A DNA stretch of 59,531 bases, filler included, from Asterionella formosa (taxonomy: Eukaryota), in the NCBI GenBank assembly GCA_002256025.1. It is 12 parts of 12 records of this genome, joined end to end, with 100 filler letters (N's around TTAATTAATTAA, not from the genome) between each part and the next. Parts side by side here need not be neighbours in the genome. Positions count along the whole stretch, not along the records: positions 9,999 to 14,892 come from NKIB01013307.1; positions 14,993 to 19,883 come from NKIB01013309.1; positions 19,984 to 24,878 come from NKIB01013310.1; 9 more parts are not named here. The stretch is one strand, 5' to 3'. Every line of letters begins with the position of its first letter. Within the stretch, counting starts at the first letter, position 1. This document shows positions 11,793 through 24,207 of the stretch, piece after piece. Under the pieces are notes generated by a model. It was given only the letters and a program-made list of their open reading frames with translations, searched no databases and was not told the DNA's origin. The position numbers and the translations under genes are program-made.

Positions 11793-14700
11793 TCACTTTG
11801 AATTCATAATTTGCTGACGAAAATGAATAAAATTCGTTCCAACCAGTGGTTTCGTCATGTAGTCTGCTAACATTGCATCCGATGGACAGTACTTGATTTG
11901 TAATTCCTTTCTTTCAATAAGATCAGTAATATAAAAATATTTGATGTTGAAATGTCGCGTGCGTTTTCCTGAACTTGCTTTTCCATTTGCTTCTAGCTTC
12001 ATTGCGCTAGTGTTGTCACGGTAAATGAGATTCATAGTTACCTTGTGTCCTTGTGCTTCAACAAATAATTTCGTCCACAACACCTTTGATATGATGTCAT
12101 CGACACCAACCAATTCTGCTTCAGTCGAACTTCTAGTGTTCACTTTCTGTTTCGTAGACATAGAACAGATAATTCCGTTTCCAAGTGACATTGTAGCTCC
12201 TGTGTGACTTTTAAAATCTTTGTGCACTGCAAACGCCGCATCAACGTACCATTTAATGCTCTGAGTGTCATCAGCACTCATAGATGCAACCTCATTTCGA
12301 GTTGCTTTCAAGAAATTCATGATCTTGACTAATTTTGCCCAATCGCCTTCATTCGGTTCGGTAGTTTGGGTTGCCAGAAATGCAATTCCTGGTTGAATGT
12401 CCTGTCTTTCTCGCTTACATAGGAACATTCCTTTCATAACAAAAGTATGAAATAATTTTGCTTTTTCATATTCAAGCTTCTTTGATTTGGTATCAACTGT
12501 GAACAATTTATCTGTCCATGGGAATTTTCCAACACCTTCAAGTTTCACTGGAAAATCATCAATCATTGATTTCACATATTTGGTCATGTCCACCCTCAAC
12601 ACTCCTGGAATAGAGTAATCTAGCGTCATCGCCAAATAATCATGCTTCTTTCCACGCATGACCTTGACTTCACCAATTTTGTCAGAAGCGTATTTCTGTT
12701 TGAGCCATTCCAAAAATTGATCATTCACTTTGCTGTTCACGTGACTTGATTTCAAATCGTCTACGTGCCAAGTAACTGTGTGCTGTTTGCCATTAACAAT
12801 GCGATTTGCAACACATGGATCACATGGGTTTACCTTGAATCCAATTGACTCAATATCCTTCCGAAATTTCTTGTAGTATAATAATGATGACTGTAACATG
12901 CCATATAATGCCTTGATCATCCTAACATATAGGACCTTGTTGTTCCCTTCATAAACAACATATTTTTCATAAGTCTCGGGGCTGAGTTCTGTCAACATAT
13001 TGACAAGTAAACCTCTAATCTTCATAATGATTCGCTCCCCTTTTTCTTTCTCATCGATATCCACTTGCACAAATGCATTTGGTATATCCGCAGTCATAAC
13101 GTCGCGATTTTGCTTCGCATCAATTGTTGCTGTTATCATAACAGATTCAGTCATGGTGGTTGGACTAGCTGCTTCATCTCTTTCCATGTATTCACATTGC
13201 GAGCTGCCATTGGCACATGCTCTGCCTTTAATGCTCTTGTCTCTTTTTTCAACCAAAAAAATTAGACTTTCCATTGCACGTCGCTTTTCGATATCAGTTA
13301 GGTCTTCAATCCTAATCGGTTCAAATACAACTCTATCATGTAGTTGTTTCATTTCTTTATAGGCAGCGTCTCTTCCTTTCTGTCCAAAATTCTTGAGGCC
13401 TTTCCTTAAGCCGTATCACTGAACAAAGTGAAATGCTTCTTTATCGATACACATCTCATTCATATAACACATTGTCTTTGCGATCACTTTCGCATATCAG
13501 TCGTGTATTCTTCTCGACAGTGTGCTTGGGTATGCAAATGATTTTGGACCATAGTTAGTTTTGATGGTGGTCTTGAGACTCTTCCAGACCTTGTAGTTCT
13601 AACATTTGTGTCTGAGTCATCCTGAGTGCTTGGATTGACTTCTAACAATGCCTCTTCATTTTCAGTTTCATTTGCTGGCTCTTCATCCTCATCTTGGATT
13701 TCATCTGCATTCATTTCAGTATTATTATCGTTGTTACCCTCAGGTTCAGGGTCATCCTCTTGGATATTGTTTAACTCAAGCTGTTCTGCTTCATATATTT
13801 CATCCGGAGTCATTTCGTCATAGTCTTCTTCTCCGAGAATTTCATCATTGCTTTCGTTATCACTAGCGTCTTGATCTTCATAATCTTCATCTTGTGCATC
13901 TTCAAATGCTTCAATTTCATAATCCACTCCTGCAATCCAAGCACTATCATAAAATTGTTGTCCCGTTCGATTTGATATCGTGAGACCATCTGGCATATTT
14001 TCCTGCAAAGAAAGGGCGTGTACTTGATTCATGATTGCTGGGGTAAGTGGTAGAGGAGTAATTGTTCGTCTAGTGATCAATGAATTTGTAGGTAGGTGTA
14101 ACAATTCATGACCTCCTTGCATGTTGTCATTGTAGCGTAGAAAAATGCAATCTATGCTGCGTGGTGCATTAGTGTTTGAAAACACAGGTTCTTCATGTGC
14201 TTGGACATAAGTGCCAAATGTATACTGGCAATGTCGAGCAAAGTCCAGGTTTCGTTGATGTAAAATCATACGAGGACTGTTATACAGGGATATCCCGTTC
14301 TTTGCCGGAAAGAAATTCAGTTTCCTTGCAGATTCTGTCACTAGAGTCTTAATCATCAGTCGCGGCAAATGTTTGAAAGGTAATCGATGATAAGCTGCGC
14401 GCACGCGTTCTTTAATCACTCGATTATTTCGCTCCGCTTCAGGAACATGTTCTTGTGGGTTTGCGTAGTTTATAGTGACTTGAAATTCATTGGAAATTTG
14501 TTCCATCAAAGGTTGAAACTCGTTGTCACAGTGGATTGTTGTAATTTTAAATCCTACGGTATTATAAACACGGAATACTTGAATCAAAGCATCTCGATAA
14601 ACTTCAGCTGTCTGATTCTTGACCCATTGCGCTGTCCTATACATAATGTTTCGAGAAATTGTGGTGAGAAATAATTGTCCGTTGACTTTCATTCCATCCA

Positions 14701-14892
14701 TGCACAGTGTTACTTCGCGTTGAGCTTGAATAAGCTCCTTAGGAATCTCGATGTAGTCGTTCACAACTGGCAGCGGCTTGCGACGAGTTGTCTTGCCTTT
14801 TAGTGTTCCGATGTCAGGTCCAAAAATTTTCTCTGCAATTTTGATATCATCGGTAGTCACTGGATTATTGTTGATCGTATTCATACGAATTA
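11793..14892 (-). mobile_element. pol: Ty1/copia (CoDi-like) pol: integrase, RT, RNase H; one 1-nt frameshift near 13495; 5' end cut by the contig edge
   Basis: Integrase D-D-E (CMDGM, HCDNEF, PEAERNNR) precedes RT (ADIPNAF, KALYG, WHVDD) and RNase H (YVDAAF, SSTEAE, DNTSA, ADYMTK). Confidence 0.97.
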
Positions 14893-14992
14893 NNNNNNNN
14901 NNNNNNNNNNNNNNNNNNNNNNNNNNNNNNNNNNNNTTAATTAATTAANNNNNNNNNNNNNNNNNNNNNNNNNNNNNNNNNNNNNNNNNNNN

Positions 14993-15214
14993 AGCCATTA
15001 TAGTGCTGAGCCACTTCCAGCACCGAACGAAACCGGGAAGCGAGTACAGACCTTGAAGCTTACCGACTTGGGTCAAGACCTCCCAGCTAATATGGACGAT
15101 CAAGTACATCCCGGTTTACTGAAGCGTTTGGAGAAGTGTCACCAAGAGGGTTTCATTGATTGTGTTCGAGAGCATGTATTGGCCCTTAAAAAGAACAATT
15201 CTCGAAACAGCTAA
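14993..15214 (+). CDS. Possible 3' end of a host gene truncated by the contig edge
   Basis: 73 open codons from the contig start to TAA (...HPGLLKRLEKCHQEGFIDCVREHVLALKKNNSRNS*). Confidence 0.35.
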   Translation, partial: SHYSAEPLPAPNETGKRVQTLKLTDLGQDLPANMDDQVHPGLLKRLEKCHQEGFIDCVREHVLALKKNNSRNS

Positions 15215-15428
15215 GACACAAAATCTAGGGATGCTGTGAACAAAATTTCGAGTGGATGAAATAATCATGGTGACAACTACGACGAGGCCAAGGATGACAG
15301 CAGTATCGAGCTGGGATTACTGTGCATAGAATACGGCGAAAAAGCAAATGCCAGAAGTATCTAGTAGCGCATTTTGTTTCACAAAGCATCAAGCCTCCTA
15401 TGGATGAGTACAGTACCTGTGTATAAGT

Positions 15429-16328
15429 CTACCACCTTTGATTGGGCGCTAGACTCCTAATATCAATGCTCATGATATCAGGGCTTGAAGTTGAAAGCTT
15501 TGTTCGCCGACAATAGAAATAGGCTTTAGTTCCACCAGACACGCCCAAGGCACCTCCAACTCCTTCCTTCACAATCAAATTGAAGATTCGATTGTATCCA
15601 TCGTCTCCGTTCTCTGGGTGAATGAAGGTTTTCGCTGTTCGGTCAGAGTTGTAAAGCAACATTGGCAGTCTTTCACCATTAGGTGCAGAGGCAACTTGAA
15701 TCTTAACAATCTCCCCACGTTCACTACCACCAGCATCGTTCTCTTCTGCATCGCCACTGTCATTGTTTTCTTTAAAATTAATCACAGCCTGATGAGGTCT
15801 CGACCCACTTCTATCAGCAGGAACATCCAAATAGACGTGAACAAATTCATCGATCGGTCCACACTGTATCGTCCTGGGATCAAGTCCTCGATTCTCCAGA
15901 GCTTTCTTCGCAGCTTCCCGGCTATATTGATTGGCAAGTGTGCTAACAGTTCCATCTCCCACCGTAAAGAGTTTGATCACATCAGCCCCACTTGCTTCGC
16001 TAGCTGTTGACGCTGCAGTGACAGCCTTTTTCCATACTTTCTTGACATCATTTAAGTGAATGTCGCTCAAGCACGGTTCTGTTTGCGACAGAACTTGGGT
16101 AATCTCTTCATGAACAGCGCGCTGACTCGCATCAGGTTTGGCAAACTTTATGGCTCGGACAAGTTCCATCAATTCATCCTTGGTGCAGCCTGCTTAGGAG
16201 TCGAGTCAGTCAAGGCGGAGCCACAAGGCGATTCCTTCAGCATCACTCATTTGACGATATCAAACTACATACTTTGGATTCGTCGTACCTTCGTGCTTCG
16301 CTTTCTCGGTGGTGGTTCCTTCCGACAT
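15429..16328 (-). CDS. Hypothetical protein, two exons (16289-16328, 15429-16189)
   Basis: ATG at 16328; a 99-nt GTACGA...CAG phase-1 intron joins MSEGTTTEKAKHEG to CTKDELMELVRAIK... and the 247-aa ORF. Confidence 0.75.
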
Positions 16329-17992
16329 GGCTAAATTGCTATGCAGTTAAGGAGTCTATGTTATTCAATTGCTCGCATCCAAATGGTGAACTGTGTAGCT
16401 TTTTCGATGATCTTAATTGATTTTTGCATATCAAGACGTCGTTGGAGTACCGGTAATGATTTAATATGCCAGCAATTCCCGCTCCAGCTATCGTCTTGCC
16501 ATTCGGGTACTTCTAAGTAATTTTTAGTCTCTAAGTAATTTCTTAAGTAATTTTTATTTAAGGGCAATATGGGGCACATCGAATTTTTCGGCAATAAAAT
16601 TGCCGATTTTAGCATGACAACCAAAATAACGGTAATATGCATAGAGATGGTACAACAAGCGTAAAACACACGAGAATGATTGTAACATGCAACATCAACG
16701 AAAATTGAACATGATGTTTGGAGCAACCAAAGTATGAAATGCAATGTAATAAGTAGCATCAAATGAGAAATAGAAAAAATTGTTTTGGGTTAGAAATGAA
16801 ATAAAAAATAAGAGTTGCAATGGAGCAAGACGTATGCATTGTCAACATTTCAGGTCTCGTAAAAATAATACCGAGTCTACAGAGATAATATCATAACGTG
16901 TTCAAAGTAAGCGTTAAAGCATAGCTTAAACCATGCATGGTTGTTTTTAGTACCACGTACGTATGTAGACTAGATGACTGCCGGTAACGGTAGAATATCC
17001 GTTAAGCATCATTACATACATGACCGGAGCAAAAACTTGCCACCAACATCAGATGTATCGATATCATCGTTCGTCCGACGAAATATGGACGATGCGACTA
17101 CATGAATACCTCAAGAAGACAAGCAATCCAACAGCCAAGCAACCGCATGCGTTAGGCAAAGAGTCGCTACTGGCGTCATCGCAGAACTGATTTCGCTTCA
17201 AACCGGTAATGATGGCTGGACGACGATTGGCATGGTGAAAGGTGAATTGCCGGAGTCCACTTTTCAGGAGACGAACAAAAACGAGGTGAATTCTAGATAT
17301 AAATTATTAGAATCTGTATAGTATATAAAATGGTTTCCTGAAGTAGACCCCTTGCCGATTTCGGCAATCCCAGGGCTGGAAAACAGAGGGGCAATTGGCG
17401 TCTGTTGTCTTGCCAAAATGCGAACATAAGAAATATACAAAATATTTTTTTAATGATGGGCAATATCGGACCTTTGGCAATTTTCGAGGTGAAGATAGGA
17501 AATATCCAAAATATATTTTATATGATGGGCAATAGTAGGCTAAAATTGACATTTATGCTAAATTTGTGGGCAGTAGGTAAGCGAATGAGGCGACGATAGC
17601 TAGAGCAGGAATAAGTAAACCAACGGAATGATGCCGACATGAGCAATGTGATTTTAACAAGAAGGGTTTTAAGGTTGCGGCCCCGGCTTAACCCTAGTTT
17701 GGAGAAAATATCGCTAGGGTTGTAAAAATGGCGTGGAACAGGGAGTTCCCTACTATGAATTCCCATGATTCGAGTGTCCATTTGAATGTTTGAATTAAAC
17801 AGCAACCTTAAGGTTGCTATATTTGAGTTCCTAGGCAAAAATTATAATATTGCTTAGGGTTGCCAAAATTCCCTGGAATTAAGAATTTCATTAGCTATTT
17901 TCGAATAATGTGATTCCATTTGAAATATTAAAATCAGTGGAAATTTGCGAATACGTACATAGATTCCTTGTCGAAATCGCTAAATATATATA

Positions 17993-18643
17993 GACACTCT
18001 CAGTCGCTGTATGTATATATATGCTAAAAATATGATCAACATGTATGCATGGACACTCTATACTCCGATTCACGATTTTATATGCTATGCATTGAATCCG
18101 TTCCACTTATTCAAATGGTTTAATATAGATATATATATATATATTTACATTCTACATCGCTTCATGTGCATACACCAGTACTACAATCTATACTCCCATC
18201 GACGACTATGGGTAATGTATACGACCCAGCGGCTTGGCAAATGTTTGACACTCAAGGAGTGGTACGAGTATGTCCAATGATGATCATCAACTGGTACCAG
18301 ATACCCGTCGTGAATATAGCACCGGACTGTCAGTACACCCAAGAAAATGTTACATATTTATCCAATGTGGCCGGCGTGGGTTTGCAAGACCTCGCAAACC
18401 AGGCCAATCAAACAGAGGAATGTAATTCACGTTCACCAATCATATTATATATCTGGAAGCGGGCACTTACAATGGAATTTTTTGGACAGCAGAGACTAAA
18501 AATTCCGGCACAAGACTACCATTCCGATGATGACATTTTGGCACTTAATAATTCTGATTCCGATATTTTGTCGACCATAGAAAAGGCCGATTTTTTTGAG
18601 TTTTTGGACGACCATAGCTAAACGTTGGCTGGGTCTGACGGTG
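17993..18643 (+). repeat. Non-coding interspersed repeat, paralog of 9274-9898
   Basis: Colinear similarity. Confidence 0.88.
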
Positions 18644-18654
18644 ATTTAGATACA

Positions 18655-18849
18655 TAGGTAACTTTCAAATAGCATCAGTATATAACTTCTGGCGAGAAAC
18701 TGCAGAAAGGAACTTCGGGTTTTTTACTATGCCAAATAAGCGGATTTCCCCCGAAATTTCGAGTCTTTTTAGCCTAGTTAAAAAACCGAAGTTCCTTTCT
18801 GCAGTTTCTGACCAGATCCTATATACTGACATTATATATAGTGGACCTA
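18655..18849. mobile_element. Palindromic MITE-like element, copy 1
   Basis: Perfect 24-bp inverted repeat agaaactgcagaaaggaacttcgg (18695-18718 / 18786-18809) inside longer imperfect arms; ends TA-GGT...ACC-TA. Confidence 0.8.
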
Positions 18850-19983
18850 CCGGTACACCCCTACTTTGTCCGAAGGCTGTATGTAAGCATATTGAGGGGT
18901 GTATTGGTGAGAGCTCCGTTTAGCGTTATACAATTTTAATTTGTTTGTGAAAAGTATGTACTTGATTAGTCTGACTCAATATTGTTTTATTAACCCTACC
19001 TCGAGTTAGGGGTTCAGATGCAGCAACCTGAAGGCGCAAATTATTATTCTATGCCCCTACGGAGTCTACCTCGTGGGCCAAGAAATTGCCAATGAGGCTG
19101 CCGCGTACCAGCCCGTTGGCCCAACCAGGACCACTGCTTCCAGCCAGCATGATATAGTGCGTATGTATGATTACACATGTACAAAATACACATCTTCTGA
19201 ACGATTACATACAGCATAATATTTGTACGGATGGTCCTTAACACCTACATAGCTGCATGTACTGACCATCAAGGTCGTACCTGCGTATTTGTCATCCATT
19301 AAAACGTATATACGTTTTGTTGGCTTACGTGGGCCACCAAATCAGCTGTTAAGGGGCAATTGAAAACGATTCGTGCAATTACATTGCGGAGTTGAAGGAA
19401 AAGCTCAATGAGGAACAAAACTTCCGGGCACTTGACACAAAGTAGCAGGTACCTGGTACTACCGGCAGGTACTGGTCGGTATGCATCAATGGACGATGAC
19501 ATGTACGTACTCAGCATGACCACCAGGTACCGGTAGAGCAAACGATGAAATGTTTCATCAGTGTTAGAAACCTATCGTATGAGGAGCTTGTTTCATAAAA
19601 TGGTCGCAATATACATGTATCTTGAAAAATATCTGAATAAATCTTTAAAAAATTAAATGATGTGAAGGGAATGTAGCTTAAGGCGTCCACACCTCAGGAG
19701 TCCGGATTACCAGGGTATTCTGCAAGTTTGAAAGTGAGGGAAGAAATCTAAGTTATAGATTCTATTTTTTGTATTTTGCAGGAATCCTGGCTCACTGAGA
19801 GCTTTAAGGAGCACTGACGGCTTTGAGATAGGCATCGCGCAATAGCGACTTGTAGACGATGAGCCTTTCCCTTTCTTCCCAATNNNNNNNNNNNNNNNNN
19901 NNNNNNNNNNNNNNNNNNNNNNNNNNNTTAATTAATTAANNNNNNNNNNNNNNNNNNNNNNNNNNNNNNNNNNNNNNNNNNNN

Positions 19984-21201
19984 ATGACTACACGACTATA
20001 TTTGGAAAGGAACCAAAGAAAGCCTCAACGCCGGGATTCCCGGGAACGGTCCTAAGTAAGAACCGAGGAGAGACGATCAAGAATAAGGAATATCGCTCCC
20101 TCGTTGGAAAGATACTTTACTTCGTGAAGAAAATATCGCCAGTATGCGCCAACGCATGTCGTGAATTGTCACAGCACCTCGACAACCCAGGCGAAACGCA
20201 CTGGCAAGCATTGGAACGCCTACTCGGGTATTTGTGTCTACATGGGGACATTGCATGCAGAATGAAACTACGTGCGCCCAACGAGCTACGTATAAAAGAT
20301 GTCGTGGACAGCGCCTTCGCCTCTAATCCTGATACACGAAAAAGTGTCAGCGGTTATTTAGGCACGATCGGAGGGTGCGCCCTAATTCACTGGATATCAA
20401 AAGGACAGGATATCGTAACGCAATCAAGCACCGAGTGTGAATATGTCGCACTCAGTAACGGCTCAAAGGAAACTGTCTTCGCAACGAATCTACTGGGCGA
20501 AATAACCACTATCGTGATGCCTAGTCTAATGGGTGAGGACAATACCGGTGCGATTTATTTAACGAAAAATCATCAGGTCGGGGCACGTACAAAACACATC
20601 GACGTTAGATACCACTATGTACGAGAACAAGTCGAAAACGGAACGATTAAGGTTGACTACGTCAATACGGAAAAGAATCCAGTAGATGTTCTAACTAAAA
20701 ATGTCACGGACAAGATTATGAACATGCACGGATATGCGATCCAAAACGGGATGATGGATTGTTGGAACAAGGAGAGTGTTAAAGTGAGCTCATCTACGTA
20801 GTTAGGACTCGGAGTCAAACGAGTCAACCGATTCGAATGAGTCAACTTTGATGTACCAAGCTCTCATCAACCACACATTATACTTTGCTACTCCGACTAT
20901 AATGAGCCGGACAACATAAGCTATTTCGGAAGACCGATAGTTTGAAATGAATGATCATGGTTAAATACCTATGATCAGTAAGTGTGAGATAGCTAGACAT
21001 GGGTCTATCTATGATTGTATGTTCCTAGAAATGCAAACAGCATTTGGAGAATAGTTCGTTTGTTTTGTTCAAACAGAACAACCTAAACTAGATTAGTAAA
21101 CTCACAATAAGAATATAGAAACGGAAAGAGAAACGAACGTCTCTATCTATAGTCTTCTTTGTCTAACGATATAGATCTATACAAAAGGTAATACTTTAAC
21201 A
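19984..21201 (+). mobile_element. pol: Copia family B 3' end: RT C-terminus/RNase H (stop at 20801), PPT and 3' LTR 20777-21201
   Basis: VDSAFA..TRKSVSG, QSSTECEY, EDNTGAI, RTKHIDVRYHYVRE, NPVDVLTK; LTR TGTTAAAGT...ACTTTAACA. Confidence 0.95.
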
Positions 21202-21241
21202 CCAGGTTCCATCGACAAGCTTGCGACGATGATCATACGTG

Positions 21242-21505
21242 TTACCATCTTCACCTATTTTTATAATTTTTTGTATTTCAATGTTAGCTGAGGCAGAGGC
21301 AGAGTTAGTTCCAGGTTATAACGTGGAATATTCTTCCATGACATTTGCACTATTTTTTTTAGGCGAATATTCGAATATGTTATTAATGTCAGCTTTTTCT
21401 GCAAATTTATTTTTAGGAGGTTGGCTTCCATTATTTAATTTTTTTCCTGGGAGTTTTTGGTTTAGTTTTAAGGTAGCTTTAGGGGTTACATTTTTTATTA
21501 TAACT
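21242..21505 (+). pseudogene. nad1: NUMT: fragment of mitochondrial NADH dehydrogenase subunit 1
   Basis: [35 protein letters not shown]...LFLGGW; T-rich organellar composition; conserved TNRxPFDLPE missing. Confidence 0.93.
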
Positions 21506-23289
21506 ATACCATTGCCGCATGCTACATCGTGTATTTTCCTTCTCCATGTACCGGTACATAGGCCGAAACCAACTTACAGTACTTGATATACGAAGATCGA
21601 AGATTGAGAAGCTATTGCAGCAAAATCGTTGTAGGGAAATTTCATGGCCTCCATATGGTCCCAAAGATTAATAAATAGTACATCAATCCATTTGTACGTC
21701 AAATGACCCGATATCATGATTTGAAACTTATTAGTCTACATGAAAATATGGTACCGGTAGTCTCATTCAAATGTATCTTGATGGTACTAATTAATTATAA
21801 TGAAAATTGTTAAGACTCAACATTGCCATCATCATCATTGCTGTTGTTGTACTAATGAGATCAGGCTTCACATTGGCCCATCTCCTTTCTCTTCTTCTCA
21901 CCACCAGAATCACCATACAATCCCAATGGCAGCTCAAGGACCAACTGAATGCTCAACTAAGGAGCAGTATTTCTTTTCCGATTGAGTTCAATATTGGATA
22001 GGTGGTCCCCCCATTCCTCCAATGCACTGATTTGAAGTGTGCAGATTGCCATTATATTTGCTGCTGGTTTTGAAATTCATTCACAGGTTTGCATCAAGGA
22101 AAATGAAGAAATTTCGAGATATGGCTGAAGCGTATTATCGAATTCTGGATGAAAACATTGAGGATGATATGTGTGATATGCATGCTGGGGGTCCAAGGAT
22201 AAATCGAGATTCCCTGTTGAGAAAGTTGCAGGAGATTAGGAACAAGCTTCACAAAAGTATCATTTCTAGTTCAAACATCACCCAGGATTTGTACAAACTT
22301 CCAATTGGACAAGGCTTAAAGGATGCATTCTTCAAATTCATCTGCAATATGTACAAGCTAAATTTTCAGAAGAAAAATCCAATGTGTCAAATCATGCAAT
22401 TGATGGAGTAGATTTACCTGATCAGTCGCCTCGTTGTTCCAAGCCCATCAATTCAATGGGAATACAGTGACCCAACATTGTGCTATTTGCTTACTTTAAA
22501 GATTTTTCAGAAGAACATACAATTGGTTCCAGATGTGAAAGAAAGTGATCTTGTTTAAATTAGTCGATGAGAGATGCAGCTGGCAGATTGAGAAGAGAGG
22601 AGGCATAAGGACCATGGAAGGAGCAGCAAAGAACGAAAAAATCATGAATGAAAGCACCATCATGATAATGACAATTTATCACCAAGCAAAACGAAGAACG
22701 CAACCATGATGGATAGGTCGCTGCTCAATTTTAAAGCACCAGCATCACAAAATCGAAAAGGTAAAAAATATAACACGTAAAATTACAATCCATTTCAACC
22801 TATTTTCAACATTTTTTTCGATTAGAATTAACATCATGTTAAGATAGATGTATGATAAAAGAAGATAATGTTTTGATAATTACATTCGTTAACTAAAGCT
22901 ATAAAAATGATGAATATATATAGAACTATTAGAAGTAGTAGTAGAATAAACTGATGATGATTAAAATTATATTTATAAGACCAGAAAATAGCTCGAGACT
23001 CAAATCTCCTGTGAATTTGTACCGAAAATCACTCCTTGCCCCGTCGGAAATTTGAGTTTTCCGGGTTTTGAAGTTCCAAAACTCAAACCATATTCAGTCA
23101 CGTCGAAAATATCGTCGAGTTTTTGAGACGCAGACGATTTTCCTTTGGAAACTTAAGCCACCTTCGGAAACATTTATTTCAGACCCATTAACAACAGAAT
23201 CTGACAAAATGATTGCGGCTGCAGAGACTATTCCATCGAAGCTGACACCAGGCTTAAGTGACAATATGGGACAAGAATGTGATTTTCGC

Positions 23290-23610
23290 ATCCTTTTCTT
23301 AGATATAATGCCAGTTCTGGCAAGGCATGTACCATTGATTCACTTGAGGAACTCACTTTAATCAGCAGAGAGAAACAGGGATTTTTTCTTAGATTTGTAG
23401 AAAGGATGAAGTTGAAACAGAACAAATGGATTGTGTTCCCTGAATCTCCTGATTCTATCCAGCACTATCGCAATCCTAGATTTTCTGGTTGCATTGGATC
23501 TATTGGTTGTGTTCATTTATATTGCAATTACTGTCTTGCTGGACTGCTCACTCAATGCAAGGGAAAGAAGGCGAAGGATTCAACTCTCATCTTTCAAGGC
23601 TCAATGAAAT
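23290..23610 (+). pseudogene. PIF/Harbinger transposase fragment
   Basis: RFSGCIGSIGCVHLYCNYCLAGLLTQCKGK corresponds to GFPGCIGSxDCxHxxWxxCPxxxxxQxKGK. Confidence 0.7.
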
Positions 23611-24036
23611 TAAAAATTGACTAGAACTAACCAACAAAAAAATTTTTTAGGTCAACATACCAATTATTCTATATTTCGACCTCATCAATGATTTAACTAT
23701 TGATGAAAGGCTTATTAATTGCTCTTGCTGAACTAAAAATGCTTCTAGAATGCATACACTCTGAAGTGGAACTCTGTGAGGCACTCTTTCCCATTTACTT
23801 GCTGTTTTCCTTCCTGTTGGTCACTTTGCGAGACGAAATTGACACGCCATAATGGTACTAGGAGTTATTAAGCAAACGATTCCACCTTGTTGCAGCACCA
23901 GTTTACAAATTCTCCTGTTACTTGGGCAATAATAAGTGACAGCAATAGGCATATAACATGAATATGACACCATATTGTTCAAATCCGATTGGACACCCTT
24001 TCCATATGTTAGATACAGTCATTGGTCAAAGTAGGA

Positions 24037-24207
24037 TAGGTCAATGCAAAGTAACGTCAGGATATAGGATCTGGAAAGAGAGTGCAGACAGGAACTTCTG
24101 TATTTTTACTATGCTAAAACAATTGGCCGCATAGTAAAAACCGAAGTTCCTTTCTGCACTCTCTTGTTGCCAGAAGGTATTATCTGATGCTATGTAGAGT
24201 TGCCCTA
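24037..24207. mobile_element. Palindromic MITE-like element, copy 2 (opposite orientation to copy 1)
   Basis: Arms agagagtgcag...tttttactatgc / gcatagtaaaaa...ctgcactctct; ends TA-GGTC...GCCC-TA. Confidence 0.78.

Noticed and set aside
13480..13500. Programmed frameshift between integrase and RT
   Set aside because: The paralog near 56860 has one extra base (actgataatgcg) and reads through, so this is a mutation or sequencing error.
17352..17367. Hairpin TTGCCGA-TT-TCGGCAA next to a hAT-like CAGGGCTGG
   Set aside because: No matching opposite terminus or TSD found; too short to support an element.
18011..18621. ORFs inside the 620-bp repeat (also 9292-9950)
   Set aside because: Reading frames are not conserved between the two paralogs.
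21239..21586. Functional nuclear nad1
   Set aside because: Only ~88 codons are homologous, the conserved TNRxPFDLPE motif is missing, and there is no targeting peptide.
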